A DNA stretch of 64,000 nt, from assembly GCA_038322875.1 (NCBI GenBank), contig JBBQGI010000002.1, positions 4,348 to 68,347 of the forward strand. The letters are read 5' to 3'. Of the stretch, positions 58,796-64,000 are shown piece by piece (position 1 is the stretch's first letter; each line of letters opens with the position of its first letter). The position numbers and the translations under genes were made by a program. This stretch comes from Candidatus Limnocylindria bacterium (GTDB lineage: Bacteria; Chloroflexota; Limnocylindria; QHBO01). The notes under the pieces were generated by a model. It made no database searches and was not told the origin of the DNA. It worked only from the letters and a program-made list of their open reading frames with translations.

Positions 58796-58801
58796 TATAC
58801 T
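58796..58801 (+). promoter_or_regulatory. -10 element TATACT (plus strand) for the CpaE/TadZ-like gene, divergent from the rpsF promoter
   Basis: cctatactgctgg, 44 nt upstream of the proposed GTG start. Confidence 0.35.
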
Positions 58802-58845
58802 GCTGGACCGATTCGCTCGCTTCGTTCGACCTGCTTGAGGAAGAA

Positions 58846-60057
58846 GTGCCCGCCAATCCGATCCTGATCTGTGCCCCGACCGCCCAGCTGCGAACCCGGC
58901 TCCTGCAGCTGGGTGACGCGGGTTACGTCCTGACCACGGTCGAGACCGCGGCTGACGCCATCAGTGCGCTTCGAGCCCAGTCGTTCGACCTGATCGTGGC
59001 CGAGGGCCTGGCCGTCTCCGGCGCGATCGTGCCGATGCGCGAAGCGACGAGCAGCCAGGTCCCCCTGGTGGTCGTCTCGCCGGCCGGCGACGTGGAGGCT
59101 CGGATCGCGTTCCTCGAGGCCGGGGCCGATGACGTCATTCCAGCGGGCTTCGCCACGCGCGAGCTCGAGGCACGGGTGGAGGCCCTGCTGATCCGCACCG
59201 GGCGAGCGCAGCCACACGGCGCCGACAGCGAGGGAGTCGGACGCATCGTGACCTTCTTCTCGCCCAAGGGCGGTGTCGGCACGACAACCCTCGCGGTGAA
59301 CTCAGCCGTCCTTCTCGCCGGGGGCAGGAACACCATGCAGGGTGGCGGCGGACGAGTCCTGCTGATCGACCTCGACCTGCAATTCGGGCAGGTGGCGACC
59401 CACCTGAACCTGACACCCCGCTTCGACGTCTCGGACCTGTGCCGCGACGAGCAGGCGCTCAAGGATTCCGACCTCGCCCTCAACTACCTCACCCAGCACT
59501 CTTCGGGCGTCAGCGTCCTTGCGGCGCCGGCGAACCCTGAGGCCGATTTCCGGATCGGCGTGGATGAGCTGGAGCAGGCGGTGGACGTGCTGCGATCCGG
59601 CTTCGACCATATCCTGGTCGACTGCGGCTCACGCCTCGACCCGCGAACGCTGTGGATGCTCGAGCAGGCGGACACGCACATCTTCGTGATCTTCCCCGAG
59701 ATCGCGGCGCTCCGCGCGACCACGCTGATGCTGGGCTTCCTGGCCGAGACGGCGACCCTGCGGGCGGTGACCCACTTCGTCGTGAATCACATTTTCCCGA
59801 AGGAGCTCCTCAGGACGCGAGATGTCGAGAACCTGCTCAGGGCCAAGCCGGCGGCCGAGATCCCGTACACCGAGGTCGACATGATCCGCGCCGTCAACGA
59901 AGGCGTGCCGGTCGTCTTCAGCCGCCCAAGCTCACCCGCCTCCCAGGCCATCCAGGGGCTCACCCTCGCAATCGTCGGCGGTGAGTGGCGGCAGAGCCCA
60001 AGTGCAAAGTCCAAGCCCGAAGCCAAGCGCGGCGTCCTTCGCCTGGGTCGCCGCTGA
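58846..60057 (+). CDS. CpaE/TadZ-like protein: N-terminal receiver-like domain plus MinD/ParA-type ATPase with atypical Walker A (KGGVGTTT)
   Basis: GTG start after GAGGAAGAA, downstream of a TATACT -10 at ~58796; deviant Walker A lacks the canonical GK[ST] lysine. Confidence 0.7.
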   Translation: MPANPILICAPTAQLRTRLLQLGDAGYVLTTVETAADAISALRAQSFDLIVAEGLAVSGAIVPMREATSSQVPLVVVSPAGDVEARIAFLEAGADDVIPAGFATRELEARVEALLIRTGRAQPHGADSEGVGRIVTFFSPKGGVGTTTLAVNSAVLLAGGRNTMQGGGGRVLLIDLDLQFGQVATHLNLTPRFDVSDLCRDEQALKDSDLALNYLTQHSSGVSVLAAPANPEADFRIGVDELEQAVDVLRSGFDHILVDCGSRLDPRTLWMLEQADTHIFVIFPEIAALRATTLMLGFLAETATLRAVTHFVVNHIFPKELLRTRDVENLLRAKPAAEIPYTEVDMIRAVNEGVPVVFSRPSSPASQAIQGLTLAIVGGEWRQSPSAKSKPEAKRGVLRLGRR

Positions 60058-60065
60058 CGCGAGGC

Positions 60066-60151
60066 TGGTGCCGGAGGAGGGATTCGAACCCCCACGCCCT
60101 TTCGGGCGGTCGGGTTTAAGCCGACCGCGTCTGCCATTCCGCCACTCCGGC
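60066..60151 (-). tRNA. tRNA-Leu (anticodon TAA)
   Basis: 86 nt; GCCGGAG/CUCCGGC acceptor stem, anticodon loop CUUAAAC, long variable arm, GGTTCGAATCC T-loop, encoded CCA. Confidence 0.85.
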
Positions 60152-60284
60152 CAGATAGCAGGGGGCGACGATAGCCGACCCATCGCAGATGTGCGAGTGG
60201 GGCCGGCATGCGCCGGCCGGCCTCGTAGCGGGCCTGCTCGGCATTGCAAGCCCCTCGCAACGGCAGTCTCGCGGCCGCTCGCCG

Positions 60285-60290
60285 TATAGT
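60285..60290 (+). promoter_or_regulatory. -10 element TATAGT upstream of the DUF2652-like gene
   Basis: 36 nt upstream of start; GAGGA SD. Confidence 0.3.
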
Positions 60291-60326
60291 GATCGCCCGT
60301 CCCCTCCCCCACGCGTGCGAGGACCG

Positions 60327-61505
60327 ATGCTCGCCACAGCACAGCCCACGACCTTCCTGATCGCAGACATCTCCGGCTACACCGGCTACCTCGCCGACGT
60401 CGAGCTGGACCACGCCCAGGACATCCTCGCGGACCTGGTCGGTGCCGTCGTGACCGCCCTCCGTCCGAACTTCCGGCTGGCCAAGCTGGAGGGCGATGCG
60501 GCGTTCACCTATGCGCCGGCGGCGAAGATCGACGGGTCCATGCTCCTCGACACGATCGAGCGCTGCTACTTCGGTTTCCGCCGGCGTCGCCGAGACGTCC
60601 GCCAGGCGACCTCGTGCGAGTGCAACGCCTGCGAGCGGATCCCCGATCTCGACCTCAAGTTCGTGGTCCATCACGGCAGCGCCATCCTCCACAGCGTCGC
60701 CGGCCGCCAAGAGCTGGTTGGGCCAGACGTGATCGCGGTTCATCGGCTTTTGAAGAACGAGGTCGTCGAACAACTCGGCATGCACGCATATGCGTTGATC
60801 AGCCAGGCGTGCATCGATGTCGCCGACCTCGATCCCGCCGCGCTCGGCATGGTCCCCCACACCGAGACATACGATCGCATCGGCGACGTGCCGGCTTGGG
60901 CGCACGACCTCGAGCGCCGCTGGCAGGAAGAGGAGGCTCGCGGGCGCGTGCGGGTCGGGCCGGAAGATGCATTCGTCACCGTATCGGTGCCCACAAACGT
61001 GCCACCGCAGATCGCCTGGGAGTTCCTCACGAAGCCGGGCCAGCGCATGTCATGGCAGCCCTGGGTCACCGAGGTCGCGATCGAGGGAGCCACCGGCGGC
61101 CGGCGCGGCCCCGGCTCGTCGAACCACTGCATGCACGGCAAGGACGCAGTCATCGAGGAGATCCTCGACTGGCGGCCGTACGACTACGTCACGGACCGCA
61201 CCATTCTCGCGACGCCTGGCGGGCCACTGCGCGTGCTTCACACCATCGAGCTCGAGCCCACCACGACCGGCACAACGATCCACATGCGGTTCGCTGCGCC
61301 GACAGCGAAGCGAGAGATGCCGCTCATGGCGGTGATCGGTCCTGCCTATGCGCACGCGCTCGAGGTGCACGCGCCGGGCCTCGTCGCGCAGCTCGACGCC
61401 GAGCTTGCCGCTCGCGAGGCGGGTCGGGCGCCGGAGCCCGAGCTTCTCACTCCCAGGCAAGGCGGCCTCCTGGCAGGGCTGGCACCGATGGAGATCGTCG
61501 GCTGA
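60327..61505 (+). CDS. DUF2652-like cyclase-homology domain fused to SRPBCC (START/polyketide-cyclase-like) domain
   Basis: FLIADISGYTGY and KLEGDAAF resemble class III nucleotidyl cyclase metal-binding motifs; C-terminal ~150 aa SRPBCC-like; start at M47 of ORF after TATAGT -10 and GAGGA SD. Confidence 0.55.
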   Translation: MLATAQPTTFLIADISGYTGYLADVELDHAQDILADLVGAVVTALRPNFRLAKLEGDAAFTYAPAAKIDGSMLLDTIERCYFGFRRRRRDVRQATSCECNACERIPDLDLKFVVHHGSAILHSVAGRQELVGPDVIAVHRLLKNEVVEQLGMHAYALISQACIDVADLDPAALGMVPHTETYDRIGDVPAWAHDLERRWQEEEARGRVRVGPEDAFVTVSVPTNVPPQIAWEFLTKPGQRMSWQPWVTEVAIEGATGGRRGPGSSNHCMHGKDAVIEEILDWRPYDYVTDRTILATPGGPLRVLHTIELEPTTTGTTIHMRFAAPTAKREMPLMAVIGPAYAHALEVHAPGLVAQLDAELAAREAGRAPEPELLTPRQGGLLAGLAPMEIVG

Positions 61506-61792
61506 CGGAAGCCTGTGGAAGGTCCGATTGCCTGGTGCGAAGGCAACGGCGGCGGCCAACCTATTACGTAGGGATCTCGGACTTCTGAGCCTATCGGGAC
61601 CTTGCTCGTAAGGGCCGCCACAGGGCCGGGGTCGCCTGCACGCTACCGATCGCCGCGGCCATCGCCGTCCAGCTCATCGCGCCGTCACGTACTAGGCCCC
61701 GGCATGCTACTGACCTGCAATCAGCATCGACTATGCTCTTGCCTGCCTACCGCAAATCGACATCAGCACAAGGCGATGGCGGAGGTTCGATC

Positions 61793-62257
61793 GTGGTCTC
61801 AAAAGCAACACGGATTTTGCAAGAACGCAGTCTGAGCATCCTCAGCGCGGCAACGCTGGCAATCATCATGACGGCATGCGCGAGCGTGGGCGGTGCATCG
61901 CCGTCAGAACGCGCGGCGGAGTCCACGGACGTTTCGCCGTCGCCGTCGGAAGCGCCTCATGCTGCACCGCCGGAGCTGCGTGGCGCGTGGACGACGACCC
62001 TGGACAACTCGGCTCAGGAACTCGTGACCCTGACGCTCAGCCAGACTGGCTACCAGATCCATCGCGGGGGGAATTTCGGGTTCGGGGTCATCGCGGTCGA
62101 CGCCAATCAAATTACGTTCTCGCAGTCGAACCTATGCGACGGGGTCGGTACCTACACGTGGTCGCTCGACGCCGGTTCGCTGCAACTCGCCTCGGTCGAA
62201 GCTGATGAATGCCCCGGGCGGGCCGGGGATATTGACGGCCAGACGTACACCCATTAG
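61793..62257 (+). CDS. small hypothetical lipoprotein
   Basis: GTG start after GGAGG; signal peptide with Cys (IIMTAC); no family recognised. Confidence 0.45.
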   Translation: MVSKATRILQERSLSILSAATLAIIMTACASVGGASPSERAAESTDVSPSPSEAPHAAPPELRGAWTTTLDNSAQELVTLTLSQTGYQIHRGGNFGFGVIAVDANQITFSQSNLCDGVGTYTWSLDAGSLQLASVEADECPGRAGDIDGQTYTH

Positions 62258-62474
62258 AGCGCCCTCGCGTGGGGGGTCAGACGGATAAGGGTTCAGGATC
62301 CCGCGACTCCGGCAGGCCGTGATGCAGCCTTGATTTACAGACATCGCCAGGATGGCGCGCCATCACGTCGGGTCCGCATGGCCGCGGTGTACCTCTCGGC
62401 GAGGCAGCCTTCGCACGGTTCCCCCGGCTTGTGGCCGGGTACGAGGACGACCCACGTCTGCGTGCTCAGAAAGT

Positions 62475-62541
62475 TGGAGGCGACGACGGGAATCGAACCC
62501 GTGTAAACGGTTTTGCAGTGCTAGCCGTAGCGTCCGCCACC
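62475..62541 (-). pseudogene. tRNA-Cys(GCA)-like element, 67 nt: intact 3' half, non-canonical 5' half (degenerate tRNA or att-site remnant)
   Basis: Minus strand ...CUGCAAAACCGUUUAC-ACGGGUUCGAUUCCCGU-CGUCGCC-U-CCA gives a perfect T-arm, acceptor 3' strand, CCA and GCA anticodon context. 5' GGUGGCG can pair with the 3' strand, but no D-arm or anticodon 5' stem can be formed. Confidence 0.4.
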
Positions 62542-63050
62542 GTCCGCAGATACTTCCACCACGCTCAGGGTAGCCCACAAGGGAAGGCTCGCAACCGCCG
62601 CTGTTCGCTCCTATTGCTACCCCTGTTGCTACCGGAAGGCGGTCATGGCCCGCGTCGCGTGGGGTCGATCAACTCGGCGGCCAGCTCCTCGGCGCTGTGC
62701 GCCAGAGCATGGTCGGGCGGGGTAGTTTGGGCGGCCTGCTCTAGCCGCTGCTCCTGCGCCCGAAGCGCGCCACTGAGGTCGCCCTCATTGAAGAGGTAGT
62801 CCACGCCGCTCATCGGTGCAGTGTGGCATTCAGGCGCCGGCGGGGGCGACCCGCCTCAAAGGGGGAACTCCATGGGCGCTTCTGATTCGTGCTCAGCGAG
62901 GTCCCCGCTCGGGCGCCATCAGAAGGAGGTCATTCGGCGCCACTCGTGCGATTGGAGCACGGATGCGCCGATGTGGTGTCGATGGTGAAGCGCGCCTGCG
63001 CCGTCGGTGGGCCGGCTTTCTGCTGCGGGCATGGTGGGCGTTGAACGAGA

Positions 63051-63914
63051 ATGGCCGCAGGCATGGGCAGGATTCAGGTTCGGCGGCTCGACAACCCCGA
63101 CGAGACGATCAGCTTCCCGCACGGCGAGAACCAGGTGGTGAGGCTGGGCGAGCTGGTGGTCGGCCGCGACGTGCATCAGCCCGGCTGGCACTGGGCGGAG
63201 CACGTGCAACCCATCGTCGGCACCGAATGGTGCGAGTTCACCCATCGCGGCATCGTGGCCAGCGGCCAGATGGGCGTGCGCATGAACGACGGTGAGGAGC
63301 TGGTGATCGGGCCGAACTCCGTCTTCGACATTCCGCCCGGCCACGATGGCTGGGTGGTGGGCGACGAGCCACTCGTCACCCTCGACTGGGCCGGAGTGGA
63401 GGGCTGGGCCTCGCCGCCGGTGGAGGGCGAGCGGATCGTGACCACCATCCTGTTCACTGACATCGTCGATTCCACCGTCCGCGCCCGCCAGCTCGGGGAC
63501 GTCGCCTGGAAGCGAACCGTGGGACACCACGACGAGCGGGTGCGTGCCGTGCTCGCCGCGTTCCGCGGGCGCGAGATCGAGACCGCCGGCGACAGCTTCC
63601 TGGCCGTGTTCGACGGCGCGGCCCGGGCGGTCCGCTGCGGGGCGGCGCTGGTCCGGGCGCTGGCCACGATCGAGGTGCCGATCCGGGTCGGCATCCACAG
63701 CGGCGAGGTGGAACTTGCCGGCGAGCAACTCCGTGGGATCGCGGTCCATGCCGCCGCCCGCATCCTCGCGCTCGCCGCCCCGGGCGAGGTGCTGGTCTCC
63801 GCAACGACTCGCGAGCTTGCCGAGGGATCCGGGCTGCGCCTCCGCTCGCGCGGCCGGTACCCGATGAAGGGGCTCGAGGGAGAGCGCGAGGTGTTCGCCC
63901 TCGAGCCGGACTAG
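63051..63914 (+). CDS. cupin domain fused to class III adenylate/guanylate cyclase catalytic domain
   Basis: ILFTDIVDST, ETAGDSFLAVF, RVGIHSGEVE motifs of the cyclase homology domain; N-terminal ~110 aa cupin; the overlapping minus-strand ORF 62919..63749 is spurious. Confidence 0.8.
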   Translation: MAAGMGRIQVRRLDNPDETISFPHGENQVVRLGELVVGRDVHQPGWHWAEHVQPIVGTEWCEFTHRGIVASGQMGVRMNDGEELVIGPNSVFDIPPGHDGWVVGDEPLVTLDWAGVEGWASPPVEGERIVTTILFTDIVDSTVRARQLGDVAWKRTVGHHDERVRAVLAAFRGREIETAGDSFLAVFDGAARAVRCGAALVRALATIEVPIRVGIHSGEVELAGEQLRGIAVHAAARILALAAPGEVLVSATTRELAEGSGLRLRSRGRYPMKGLEGEREVFALEPD

Positions 63915-64000
63915 GGGGCGTCCATGCGGACCCGCCTTGTGGCGACCGTCAAGTAGCCGTTGGCGCTGCAGAAGCTGCGCGGAAACGCGGTCGTTTTGGC

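Noticed and set aside
58690-58845. N-terminal 52 codons of the CpaE/TadZ-like ORF (MRQKGAQ...)
   Set aside because: This stretch contains the divergent rpsF and cpaE -10 elements and lacks an SD; a GAGGAAGAA-GTG start at 58846 coincides with the beginning of the receiver fold
62475-62541. Calling this a functional canonical tRNA-Cys
   Set aside because: Only 67 nt; after assigning acceptor, T-arm, variable loop and anticodon 3' stem there are too few nucleotides, and no complementarity, for a D-arm and anticodon 5' stem. Kept as tRNA-like/pseudogene pending tRNAscan-SE.
62919-63749. 276-aa minus-strand ORF overlapping cupin-cyclase gene
   Set aside because: Opposite-strand ORF 63051-63914 carries unambiguous cupin and class III cyclase motifs; minus ORF is His/Asp/Pro-rich with no motifs
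1-64000. CRISPR arrays, rRNA genes, IS elements or transposases, integrase
   Set aside because: No regularly spaced direct repeats, no rRNA-like conserved stretches, and no transposase/integrase-like ORFs found on either strand; only short local repeats (62614-62633) and the tRNA fragment

Overview
High-GC bacterial chromosomal window. From position 1 to about 58.6 kb nearly every gene is on the minus strand, forming one co-directional housekeeping block with many overlapping stop/start codons (GTGA, ATGA, TGATG). Gene order is Firmicutes/Chloroflexi-like: rnj-udg | pnp-rpsO-ribF-truB-nrnA-rbfA-infB-ylxR-nusA | rseP-dxr-cdsA-uppS-frr-pyrH-tsf-rpsB | yraN-rnhB-rplS-trmD-rimM-KH-rpsP-DUF3352-ffh-PHlike-ftsY-smc-rnc-acpP-nusB-plsX-rpmF-yceD-coaD-rsmD-recG | dtd, rpe-rlmN, fmt-def-priA-gmk-rluD-lspA-ileS (with a T-box leader) | ilvE, CaCA exchanger, rpsR-ssb-rpsF. 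The last ~5 kb (58.8-64 kb) looks accessory: an orphan CpaE/TadZ-like ATPase, tRNA-Leu(TAA), a DUF2652-like cyclase-homology/SRPBCC protein, a small lipoprotein, a degenerate tRNA-Cys-like element, and a cupin-adenylate/guanylate cyclase. The most unusual feature is a polynucleotide phosphorylase carrying a complete DnaQ-like DEDDh 3'-5' exonuclease domain inserted in its all-alpha domain. No rRNA, CRISPR array, transposase or integrase was seen. The ORF table includes GTG/TTG starts written as M, so many N-terminal extensions are artefacts; I give trimmed starts where the conserved N-terminus is recognisable. Coordinates of small motifs read directly from the sequence text may be off by 1-2 nt.
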